DNA from: Myxococcota bacterium
GTDB taxonomy: Bacteria; Myxococcota_A; UBA9160; UBA4427
Length of the DNA: 64,000 bases
Assembly (NCBI GenBank): GCA_041389495.1
Contig: JAWKRT010000001.1
Coordinates: 1,682,471-1,746,470, forward strand
Reading direction: 5' to 3'
The notes beneath the pieces were generated by a model, which saw only the letters and a program-made list of their open reading frames with translations, ran no database searches and had not been told where the DNA came from. The translations under genes were made by a program, and so were the position numbers. Below, piece after piece: positions 1 to 8,107 of this stretch (its first letter is position 1; every line of letters starts with the position of its first letter).

Positions 1-303
1 GTCGATCTCCTCGGCCTCGAGCACGCGGTCGAGCACGCGGAACGAGGAGCGCACGATGCGCGCGCGCTCGCCGAAGGGGGCGAGACGCGCCTGCGCGGCG
101 ACGAGCGCCTCGTCGTCGACGTCGAGACCGACCAGGATGCCGTCGGGAGCCGTGCGCTCGAGGATGGCCTGCGCGTGCCCGCCGCCGCCGAGCGTGCCGT
201 CCACGACGACGAGCGGGCCGGGCGCCTCGGCCGCGCGGCCATCGAACAAATAGGAGAGCGCCTCGGCGAGCAGGACCGGTTCGTGTCGGTATTGGCTGGC
301 CAC
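1..303 (-). CDS. rsmH: 16S rRNA (cytosine1402-N4)-methyltransferase RsmH/MraW, N-terminal part; the gene runs off the left edge
   Basis: My translation of the minus strand from GTG at 303 gives VASQYRHEPVLLAEALSYL...VVDGTLGGGGHAQAILER...GILVGLDVDDEALVAA. It has the GTLGGGGH SAM-binding motif and lies directly downstream of mraZ. It is absent from the ORF track because there is no stop in the window. Confidence 0.85.
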   Translation of the reverse strand, partial: MASQYRHEPVLLAEALSYLFDGRAAEAPGPLVVVDGTLGGGGHAQAILERTAPDGILVGLDVDDEALVAAQARLAPFGERARIVRSSFRVLDRVLEAEEID

Positions 304-498
304 GAGAGCGGCGCGCCTCCCGCCAGACCCCTCGCGAGGTGCGCATGGAGCGAAGCGGTGAAGATGCTGGGGTGCCGCGGGGCACCTACGCGGCGGCTCG
401 TACCCCCCACAGACCGAGCCGTCGCACCCATCGGTGTCCCGCGGACACCCCAGCCTCTCTCCCGGAGCCACACGGCTCCGGTCCCCCCACCGTGTCGA

Positions 499-939
499 TC
501 AGCTCTCCGACATCGCGACCGCCGACGCGATCGCGTCGAAGTCGGCCACGGTCCGCTGGAGCTCCTGATCGAAGAGCGTCTTGTCCCAGATCTCGATCCG
601 GGGCCCGACGCCGGCAATCGTGACTTCGCGCTCCAGGTGCGCGTGATCGCGCAGGAACTGGGGCACGAGGATGCGTCCCTGGGAGTCGAACGGGGCCTCG
701 ACGGCGCCCGAGACCATGAACCGCAGGTACGCCTTGTTCTCGGGGGCCACCCGGGCGCGGGCCGCCAGCGACTCCTCGATCTCCGCCCAGTCCTCGTTCG
801 CGTAGAGCACGAGACAGCTCTTCTCGTTCGTGAGGATGGGGGCTCGGGTGCTGCGGTCCTGCATTTCGGATCGGAATCCTGCCGGGATGCTCAGGCGCCC
901 CTTGCTGTCGATGTTGTGCGTGTACCGACCGCGGAACAT
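499..939 (-). CDS. mraZ: transcriptional regulator MraZ
   Basis: ORF track, 146 aa. It has the two MraZ half-domains: MFRGRYTHNIDSKGRLSIPAGFR and DSQGRILVPQFLR. It precedes rsmH. Confidence 0.95.
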   Translation of the reverse strand: MFRGRYTHNIDSKGRLSIPAGFRSEMQDRSTRAPILTNEKSCLVLYANEDWAEIEESLAARARVAPENKAYLRFMVSGAVEAPFDSQGRILVPQFLRDHAHLEREVTIAGVGPRIEIWDKTLFDQELQRTVADFDAIASAVAMSES

Positions 940-987
940 CGTTTAGCTTCTCGTGGGAATCGGTCGGCTGGCTCGGGGTCGCGTCTG

Positions 988-1032
988 CCACTCGATGGGC
1001 CGACCATGCCACTTGAAGCCACTTTTCCCCAC
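988..1032 (-). promoter_or_regulatory. candidate MraZ operator: phased GTGG direct repeats upstream of mraZ
   Basis: The minus strand reads GTGGGGAAAAGTGGCTTCAAGTGGCATGG...GAGTGGC. Three GTGG copies are spaced exactly 10 nt apart (plus-strand CCAC at 1029-1032, 1019-1022, 1009-1012), with a fourth at 988-991. The array lies 50-95 nt upstream of the mraZ ATG. Confidence 0.45.
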
Positions 1033-1167
1033 CGGCGGCTGTGTACCGCGGGCCCGAGCGGTCGGCAACGGGGTCGCCAGAAAATTGTCGTTTTTCTCGC
1101 GAACGCGGAGGGCAACGCCACGCGCGCGGCGCGGACGTGTCGCGTTCGCTCGGCTGGGAGCGCCGGT

Positions 1168-2241
1168 TCAGTCGAGGCGCAGCTCGGGGAAGGTCGCCGC
1201 GTGGGCGTCGGCGACGCGCGCGACCGCGGCGCGCAGCGCGCTTCCGGGCGGGAGGGCGCGGGCGCGCGGGTCGGGCACGGCGCGCGCGGGCTCGAGCAGC
1301 GCCTCGAGCACGGCGCTCGTTCCCTCGCGGAGCCCGCTCTCCGCATAACCTCCTTCGAGGACGAGCGCGATGCGTCCGCCGCAGAGCTCCTCGGCGAGCG
1401 AGCGCACGATGCGCGCCATCGCGAGGAAGCCCGCGCGCGTCACCTCCATGGAGGCGAGCGGGTCGTCGCGGTGCGCGTCGAAGCCGCACGAGACGAGGAT
1501 CGCCTGCGGCGCATAACATCGGGCGACGGGCACGAGGACGCGCTCGAAGACGCCCGTGTACTCCTCGTCGCCGCTGCCCGCCGGGAGCGGCACGTTCACG
1601 GTCGCGCCGCGCCCCTCCTCGACGCCGATCTCGCCGGCCCCGCCCGTCCCGGGGTAGTACGGGAACTGGTGCGTCGACACGTACAGCACGGACGGGTCGC
1701 GCTCGAACGCGTGCTGCGTGCCGTTGCCGTGGTGCACGTCCCAGTCGAGGACGAGCACGCGGTCGAGCCCTTCGTCGCGCTGCAGCGCGCGCGCCGCGAT
1801 CGCGACGTTGTTGAGCAGGCAGAACCCCATCGCGCGCGAGGCCTCGGCGTGGTGGCCGGGCGGGCGCACGGCGGCGAGCCCCGCGCGCGCCTCGCCGCGC
1901 GCGACCGCGCGGGCGACGTCGACGGCGGCGCCCGCCGCGAGCAGCGCGACCTCGTGGCTGCGCGCGGAGACGTGGGTGTCGGGGTCGAGCTGCGCGGGCG
2001 CGCGCGCGGCCGCGGACTCGAGCGTGCGCAGGTAGGCCTCGTCGTGGATGCGCAGGATCTCGCCCGCGCTGGCCTCGCGCGGCGCGCGGGCGCGGAGCTC
2101 GGCGCTCCGCTCGTCGCAGGCGGCGGCCACGGCGGCGAGGCGTTCGGGACGCTCGGGGTGGCCGGCGGGCGTGCGGTGGTCGAGGAAGCGAGCGTCGATC
2201 GCGACGTGGACGCCTTCGCCTGTGCTCGCCATGCGCGCCAT
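1168..2241 (-). CDS. histone deacetylase-family (arginase fold) deacetylase / acetoin-utilisation-type amidohydrolase
   Basis: ORF track 1168..2376, trimmed to the ATG at 2241 (MARMASTGEG) because the upstream residues are Arg-rich noise. Motifs: RPPGHHA, FCLLNNVA, DWDVHHGNGTQ, EGGY. Confidence 0.9.
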   Translation of the reverse strand: MARMASTGEGVHVAIDARFLDHRTPAGHPERPERLAAVAAACDERSAELRARAPREASAGEILRIHDEAYLRTLESAAARAPAQLDPDTHVSARSHEVALLAAGAAVDVARAVARGEARAGLAAVRPPGHHAEASRAMGFCLLNNVAIAARALQRDEGLDRVLVLDWDVHHGNGTQHAFERDPSVLYVSTHQFPYYPGTGGAGEIGVEEGRGATVNVPLPAGSGDEEYTGVFERVLVPVARCYAPQAILVSCGFDAHRDDPLASMEVTRAGFLAMARIVRSLAEELCGGRIALVLEGGYAESGLREGTSAVLEALLEPARAVPDPRARALPPGSALRAAVARVADAHAATFPELRLD

Positions 2242-2366
2242 CCTATCCGAGTCGCCGCCGCGGCGAGCGCGCGCGCTCGGCGGTGCCTCGGCAGTGCCTC
2301 GGCGGCGCGCGCTACGGTGCGCCCGGTGCGCGAGCCGCCCGGGCCGGCCCGCGCGAGGAGAGCGCC

Positions 2367-3332
2367 GTGGGCGCACAGCGCATCGCCATCACCGGTCTCG
2401 CGACGCCGCTCGCGCAACGGCTCGTCGAGCGGCTGCTCCAGGCCGAGGCGGCGCCCGCGCTCCTCGGGCTCGACGTGCGACGCCCGCTCCGCCAGCACGA
2501 GCGGCTCGCGTTCTGCGACGTCGACCTCACCGACCCCACCGTCGACGCGCGGCTCGCCGACGTGCTGCAGCGCGAGCGCATCGACACCGTCGTGCACCTC
2601 GCGTTCCGCCGCTTCCCGTCGAGCGACGTCGACTACGACCACGATCTCGAGACCGTCGGCAGCTTCGCGCTGCTCGCGGCGTGCGCGGCCGCGAAGGTGC
2701 GCAGGCTCGTCGTGCAGTCGAGCACGATGGCCTACGGCGCGCACGCGTCGAACCCGAACTTCCTGACCGAGTCGCACCCGCTGCGCGGCCACCCGGACGC
2801 GCACAACGTGCAGAACCGGGTCGAGGTCGAGTCCATCCTGGCCGACTGGACGCGCCGCCATCCCGACGTGCAGGTGAGCGTGCTGCGCCACTGCTGGGTG
2901 ATGGGGCCGACCTGGTTCGACCGCGTCGTCGAGTTCTTCGAGCGCTCGCGCATCCCGACGGTGCTCGGCTACGACCCGCTGCTGCAGTTCGTGCACGAGC
3001 GCGACCTCGTCGACGCGTTCGAGCGCGCCGCGCTCGAGGCGCACCCCGGCGTCTTCAACGTCGTCGGTCGCGGCGTCGCGCCCCTCTCGACGCTGCTCGC
3101 GCTCGCGGGCAAGCGCAACGTCGCGGTGCCGCGGCCCGTGCTCTACCGCACCGCCTGGCTCGCCTCGCAGGGCGGCACGGGCGACCCGCCCGCCGGCTTC
3201 TTCGACTACCTTCGCTTCCTGTGGGTCGCCGACGGCGCGCGCGGCTGGCGGGAGTTCGGCGAGCCCATCTACACCACCACCGAGGCGTGGAGCGCGTTCG
3301 TCGGGTCGCGGCGCCTGCGCCGCCTCGGCTGA
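2367..3332 (+). CDS. NAD-dependent epimerase/dehydratase-like (atypical extended SDR) protein
   Basis: ORF track 2283..3332. I prefer GTG 2367, which is preceded by GAGGAGAG. The layout is epimerase-like (VVHLAF...VVQSSTMAYGA...), but the N-terminus reads ITGLATPLAQ instead of TGxxGxxG. Confidence 0.75.
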   Translation: MGAQRIAITGLATPLAQRLVERLLQAEAAPALLGLDVRRPLRQHERLAFCDVDLTDPTVDARLADVLQRERIDTVVHLAFRRFPSSDVDYDHDLETVGSFALLAACAAAKVRRLVVQSSTMAYGAHASNPNFLTESHPLRGHPDAHNVQNRVEVESILADWTRRHPDVQVSVLRHCWVMGPTWFDRVVEFFERSRIPTVLGYDPLLQFVHERDLVDAFERAALEAHPGVFNVVGRGVAPLSTLLALAGKRNVAVPRPVLYRTAWLASQGGTGDPPAGFFDYLRFLWVADGARGWREFGEPIYTTTEAWSAFVGSRRLRRLG

Positions 3333-3353
3333 CGCGCGCGGAGGAACACGGTC

Positions 3354-4364
3354 GTGAACCAGCCCTCCGACAACGTCGTGCCGTTCCCGCGCGAGCGCGC
3401 GCGCGGCGCGGCGCCCGAGGACGTCGCCGCGCTGCGCGACGCGCTGCGCGGCCTGCGCAGCGAGATCGACGCGCGCTTCGCGCCGCGGAGCGAGCCGGGC
3501 GTCGAGTCCGAAGCGGAGTCGTTCGACTGGATCGAGCTGTTCGACGAGCTGCGCCGTCGTGCGGGCAGCTTCGGCATGAGCGAGCGCTCGGGCGAGGTCG
3601 ACGAGTTCGGTCTCGACGTGATGACGCTCGTGCGCGCGCGCCCGCTGCTCGACTTCCTCGTCGACCGCTACTGGCGCGTCGAGCTCGCCGGCGCCGAGCA
3701 CCTCGGCGGCACCCAGCCGGTGCTGCTCGTCGGCAATCGCTCGGGGCTGCTTCCGTGGGACGGGCTCGTGCTCGCGCACTGCATCCAGCGCGAGCGGCCC
3801 GATTGGTACCGGCCCCGCTTCCTCGTCGCGGACTGGCTGATCACCCTTCCGTTCGCCCAGCCGCTGCTCGCGCGGCTCGGCGGCGTCCGCGCGTGCCGCG
3901 AGAACACCGATCGACTGCTGCGGCGCGGCAAGTCGGTCATCGCGTTCCCGGAAGGCGTGAAGGGCGCCGCGAAGGATTTCCGCCTGCGCTACCGGCTCCA
4001 GCGCTTCGGCCGCGGCGGCGCGGTGCGTGCGGCGATCGAGAACGGCGTGCCGCTCGTGCCCGTCGGGATCGTCGGCGCCGAGGAGGTGCACCCGATCCTC
4101 TACAAGTCGCGCACGGCGGGGCGCGCCGTCGGGCTGCCGTTCCTGCCCGTCACGCCCACGTTCCCCGCGCTCGGGCCGCTCGGCCTGCTTCCGCTCCCGT
4201 CGAAGTGGACGATCGAAATCGGCGAGCCGCTCGCGTTCGACGCGCTCGACCCGGAGAGCGCGGCCGACGAGCTCTTCGTGTCGCGCATGAACGAGGAGCT
4301 GCGCACGCGCATCCGCGCGCTCGTCACGCGCGGCCTCGCGCGCCGCGGCGGCGCGCGCGACTAG
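3354..4364 (+). CDS. PlsC/LPLAT-family acyltransferase-like protein
   Basis: ORF track, 336 aa, GTG start after GGAGGAA. It has the FPEG block (IAFPEGVKG) and the GVPLVPVGIVG block. Block I reads VGNRSGLLPWD. Confidence 0.8.
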   Translation: MNQPSDNVVPFPRERARGAAPEDVAALRDALRGLRSEIDARFAPRSEPGVESEAESFDWIELFDELRRRAGSFGMSERSGEVDEFGLDVMTLVRARPLLDFLVDRYWRVELAGAEHLGGTQPVLLVGNRSGLLPWDGLVLAHCIQRERPDWYRPRFLVADWLITLPFAQPLLARLGGVRACRENTDRLLRRGKSVIAFPEGVKGAAKDFRLRYRLQRFGRGGAVRAAIENGVPLVPVGIVGAEEVHPILYKSRTAGRAVGLPFLPVTPTFPALGPLGLLPLPSKWTIEIGEPLAFDALDPESAADELFVSRMNEELRTRIRALVTRGLARRGGARD

Positions 4365-4409
4365 CATCCGCGACGCGATCCCAGGGCGCGGCGCGCGCCG
4401 CGCGCGCCG

Positions 4410-5045
4410 TCAGGCGTCCTCGCCGCGCGCGTCGTCGGCCGGAAGCGGAGCGCGGGCCGGCTCCGGCTCCTCCCACGTCTTCTCGAGGCGCTCGAGCGCG
4501 TGCGCGACGCGGCGCAGGTTCTCGTTCAGCGCGTCGATGTCGGAGCGCCGCGGCAGGTCGAGCAGCTTGAACACCCGCTCCATCGCGTTCTGCACGATCT
4601 CGTCGACGTCGGGCGACGTGTAGGCGATCCAGTCGGAGAGGCCGCGGCCGCGCCGCTCGCGCGGCGCGTCGTCTCCGCCCGTCGCCTCGTCGCCCGCGCC
4701 GCGGCGCTCGCCGGGGCGCACGAACCGCCGGAAGCGATCCTGGATCTCCTCGAGGTTCTCGTTGGCCTCGCCGACGCCCTTGCGCAGCGCCTCGTAGAGC
4801 GCGTCGCCGCCGCGACCGAGGATCTGCGAGAGCAGGCCGCTCGGCGTGTCGCTGCGCGTGCGCTCCGTGTCGACGAGGATCTGCGAGAGCGCGACCTTCG
4901 TGATGTCCTCGCCCGTCTCGTTGTCGACGACGCGCACCTCCTCGCCCTCGTCGAGGAGCTCGGCGATGCCCTTGAGCGTGATGTAGCGGCTCGTCGCCGT
5001 GTTGTAGAGCTTCCGGTTCGCGTAGCGCTTGATCAGGATCGCCAT
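4410..5045 (-). CDS. PhaR-like DNA-binding protein with a phasin/PHA-granule-like C-terminus
   Basis: ORF track, 211 aa. The N-terminus MAILIKRYANRKLYNTATSRYITLKGIAELL matches the PHB/PHA accumulation regulator DNA-binding domain. The C-terminal LLDLPRRSDIDALNENLRRVAHALERLE resembles the granule-associated repeat. Confidence 0.8.
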   Translation of the reverse strand: MAILIKRYANRKLYNTATSRYITLKGIAELLDEGEEVRVVDNETGEDITKVALSQILVDTERTRSDTPSGLLSQILGRGGDALYEALRKGVGEANENLEEIQDRFRRFVRPGERRGAGDEATGGDDAPRERRGRGLSDWIAYTSPDVDEIVQNAMERVFKLLDLPRRSDIDALNENLRRVAHALERLEKTWEEPEPARAPLPADDARGEDA

Positions 5046-5602
5046 CGAGCTCGCACCTCGCGGTCGTCGCCGCCGATCGGATCCACCGCGCGCGCGCGGT
5101 CGTCGTCGTCGTCCACTCGGACGCGCACCCGCTGCACGCGTCCGTCCGGCGGCGCCGCGTGCGGGCGCCCATTTTGCGCATCGGAGCCGCGCGCGTCGCG
5201 CTCTTTCTGCGCCGTCCCGCGAGCAGGCGCGCCGGACGGGCGCACGCCGAGCTCCCAGAGCACCTCGCGCAGCCCGAGGAAGGCGCGCAGGACGGCGCGC
5301 GCGTCGCGGTCGTGCGCGGCGCGCTCCTGCCAGCGTTCGATCTCGACGTCGAGCGCCGCGGACAGCGCGGAGAGGAGGGCGTCGGAGGCCCCGGGAGCGG
5401 CGGCGTCGCCCCGCACCCGGGACTCGAGCTCGTCGAGCATGCGCGCGAGCGAGGCGGTCGGCGCGTGCGCGGCCGGCGACTCGGGTGCCGCGACGAGCGC
5501 GACGGCGTCGAGCAGGCTGCGCGCCGCGGCGATCGCTTCGGCGCCCGCGGCGCGCGCGTGTCGCGCGGCGTCGGCGAGCGCCTCCTCGACGCTAGCGGGC
5601 AT
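5033..5602 (-). CDS. hypothetical Ala-rich protein (operon partner of the ArsA-like ATPases)
   Basis: This is the C-terminal 189 aa of ORF 5033..6076, starting at MPASVEEALADAAR (ATG 5602). It lies 23 nt downstream of the ArsA-like gene and overlaps the phaR-like start by 13 nt. I recognise no motif. Confidence 0.55.
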   Translation of the reverse strand: MPASVEEALADAARHARAAGAEAIAAARSLLDAVALVAAPESPAAHAPTASLARMLDELESRVRGDAAAPGASDALLSALSAALDVEIERWQERAAHDRDARAVLRAFLGLREVLWELGVRPSGAPARGTAQKERDARGSDAQNGRPHAAPPDGRVQRVRVRVDDDDDRARAVDPIGGDDREVRARWRS

Positions 5603-5625
5603 GGGTCTCCGCCGTCGCTCGCCGC

Positions 5626-6936
5626 TCACGTCTTCGCGCCTCCCGTTCCGGCGCCGTCGATCCCTGCGCCGTCCGTCCCGGCGCCTTCGGTCGCGGCGCG
5701 TCCGCTCGTCGCGCGGCCTTCGTTCGTCGGGCCCTCGGGCGCCGCGGAGGCGCGCGCGGCCGTCTCGCCGAACAGCGCGGCGACGATCGCGTCGAGCCCG
5801 TCGACGTCGTGCACGTCCGCAGCGAGCTCGGGAACGCGGTGGAAGAACCGGCCCGCGGAGCGCGCGCGCGCTGCCAGGGGCTCGAGCGCGCGCCGGTCCG
5901 CGAGGACCTGCGCAGCGTATCCCGAAGCGAGCGCGAACGCCGCGCGTGCGCCGGCGTCGGCCCGCTCGCCGAGCGCCGGCTCGAGGCGCAGGGCGAGCGC
6001 GCGCCGCGCGTCGTCGTCCGCGCCGCCGTCGGCGAAGCGCGCGAGTGCGTCGGGCGCGACGGCGTCGTCGGGCCACGTGCGCACGCGGTTCGCGACGACG
6101 CCGGCGACGCGCACGTCGAGCGCGTCGAGCTGGTCGAGGAAGCGGTCGGCGGCTCGCGCCGCTTCGGTCGAAGGCCCCGTCACGACCACGAAGCGCGTCG
6201 CGTCCGAGCGCAGCAGCGCCGAGAGCCCCTGCGCGCGGCCGCGCAGCCCCTCGGTCAGGCTCTCGAGCGCGATGAGCAGCTCCGACAGGTCCTCGAGGAA
6301 CGCGAGCCCCGAGACGCGCTCGATCAGCGCGAGCACGCTGTGCGCGGCGCGCTCGAACAGCCGCAGCCCGACGCGGCCGGCCGCGAGCGTCGGCTGCAGG
6401 AGCAGCGCGACGAGCCGGCTGTCGAGGAACTCGGCGATCCGCATCGGCGCCTCGAGGAACTCGAGCGCGTGCTGCGCGGGCGGCGTGTCGACGACGATGC
6501 GATCGAAGCGCGCGTCCTCCGCGATCTCGTACACGCGCTCGAGCGCCGCGTACTCCGCGCTGCCGGCGACCGTCGTCACGATCTGCTGGTACAGCGCGTT
6601 CGCGAGGATGCGCTCGCGCGTCGCGGCGTCGGGCGCGAAGCGGTCGACGAGGCGGTCGAACGTGCGCCGCGAGTCGAGCGTGAAGACCGCGAGCGAGCCG
6701 TCTCCGTCGACGGCGATCGCGTGCGCCGCGTCGCCGTCGCCGCCCTCGAGATCGACGCCGAGCGCGTCGGCGAGCCGGCGGGCGGGGTCGATCGTCAGCA
6801 CGGCGACGTGCTCGCCGGCGCGTGCCGCCGCGAGCGCGATCGCGGCCGACGTCGTCGTCTTGCCGACGCCGCCCGTCCCGGCGCAGACGACGACGCGCGC
6901 CGGTGCGAGTGCGCGCGCGAGCTCGCCTCCGTTCAC
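5626..6936 (-). CDS. ArsA/Get3-family P-loop ATPase (second paralogue)
   Basis: ORF track, 436 aa. It has the GTGGVGKTTT P-loop and VVDTPPAQHALEFL (the DTAPTGHT-like switch). The tail is Gly/Thr/Ala-rich. Confidence 0.85.
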   Translation of the reverse strand: MNGGELARALAPARVVVCAGTGGVGKTTTSAAIALAAARAGEHVAVLTIDPARRLADALGVDLEGGDGDAAHAIAVDGDGSLAVFTLDSRRTFDRLVDRFAPDAATRERILANALYQQIVTTVAGSAEYAALERVYEIAEDARFDRIVVDTPPAQHALEFLEAPMRIAEFLDSRLVALLLQPTLAAGRVGLRLFERAAHSVLALIERVSGLAFLEDLSELLIALESLTEGLRGRAQGLSALLRSDATRFVVVTGPSTEAARAADRFLDQLDALDVRVAGVVANRVRTWPDDAVAPDALARFADGGADDDARRALALRLEPALGERADAGARAAFALASGYAAQVLADRRALEPLAARARSAGRFFHRVPELAADVHDVDGLDAIVAALFGETAARASAAPEGPTNEGRATSGRAATEGAGTDGAGIDGAGTGGAKT

Positions 6937-8018
6937 GCGACGGCCTCGCCGCCGGGAGCGGGATGCGCGTCGCGCGCGGCGTCGCGCGCGTCGACGGGAG
7001 CGGCGAGCAGGTGGGGCGCGAGCGCGGCGAGGTCGTCCGGGCCGCGCACCGCGCCCGGGAGGAACGGCAGCACGACGACGGGCAGCTGCACGAGCTCGCC
7101 GAGCATCGCGAGCTGGCGCTCGTGCAGCGCGCGCCGCGCGACGCGGTGGCGGATGCAGCGCGCGAGCACGCCGGGCGGCGGCGCGCTCGGCGCGCCCGCG
7201 CGCGCGCCCGCCTCGCTCGCGGCCAGCGCGTCGAGCGCGTCGGGCAGGCTCTCGAGCGACGCCGGGAGCGGCCGCGCCTCGACGGCGTTCACGACGATCC
7301 GATCGACCGCGATCTGCCGTTCGCTCCGCAGCCGCCCGACCAGCTCCGCCGTCTCGCGCACCGGGAGCTCCTCCGCGAGCGCGACGGGGAGCAGGCGCGT
7401 GCGCCGCGGGTCCGCGAGCAGGCGCTCCACCTCGGCCGCGTTGCGCCGCAGCGGCCCCGTCCGCACGGCGGAGGCGACGACGTGCGGGACGTCGAGGAAG
7501 GTGAGGCCGTGCCCGGTGGCGGGGGCGTCGACGACGATCAGGTCGACGGTCGGGCGTCCGTCGCGCTCGCGGCCGCGCTCGAAGTGCCAGATGGCGCCGA
7601 GCGCGATCAGCTCGCGCCAGCCGGGCGTCGCCCCCATGAGCTGCTGGAAGGCGCGGTTGCGCACCACGCGCTCGGCGACGAACGAGCCGAGCTGCAAGCC
7701 GAGGTAGTCGGCGAGGGCGTCGAAGGGGTCGAGTCGCATCGCGCGCAGCCCGGGCGCGACCTCGCGGCCCGCGTAGCCGACCGGTCCGACGCCCGGGCGG
7801 ACGAGCGCGGCGGCCTGCTCGTCGCGTCCGACCTCGGCGAGGAGCACGCGGCGGCCCGCGCGGGCGGCGGCGAGCGCGAGCGCCGCCGCGACCGTCGTCT
7901 TCCCCGTGCCGCCCTTGCCCGTCACGATGACGAGCCGCGCGTCGAGCAACGGCGGCAGCGGGTCGGGCATCACGAGGACCTCTCGCACCTGGCGTCGGGA
8001 CGCGACGGGCGCCGGCAT
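6933..8018 (-). CDS. ArsA/Get3-family P-loop ATPase (first paralogue)
   Basis: ORF track, 361 aa. It has VIVTGKGGTGKTTVAAALA and VVDAPATGHGLTFL. An alternative start is ATG 7970 (MPDPLPPLL). The stop overlaps the next ArsA-like start by 4 nt. Confidence 0.85.
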   Translation of the reverse strand: MPAPVASRRQVREVLVMPDPLPPLLDARLVIVTGKGGTGKTTVAAALALAAARAGRRVLLAEVGRDEQAAALVRPGVGPVGYAGREVAPGLRAMRLDPFDALADYLGLQLGSFVAERVVRNRAFQQLMGATPGWRELIALGAIWHFERGRERDGRPTVDLIVVDAPATGHGLTFLDVPHVVASAVRTGPLRRNAAEVERLLADPRRTRLLPVALAEELPVRETAELVGRLRSERQIAVDRIVVNAVEARPLPASLESLPDALDALAASEAGARAGAPSAPPPGVLARCIRHRVARRALHERQLAMLGELVQLPVVVLPFLPGAVRGPDDLAALAPHLLAAPVDARDAARDAHPAPGGEAVA

Positions 8019-8107
8019 CTCAAGCGCATCCCCACCGCTTCCGAAGTAGCAAACCGCCAGGCCCCGCCGCGCCCGACGAGCGCGCCGGCGAGAAGGGGAC
8101 GCCGCGC

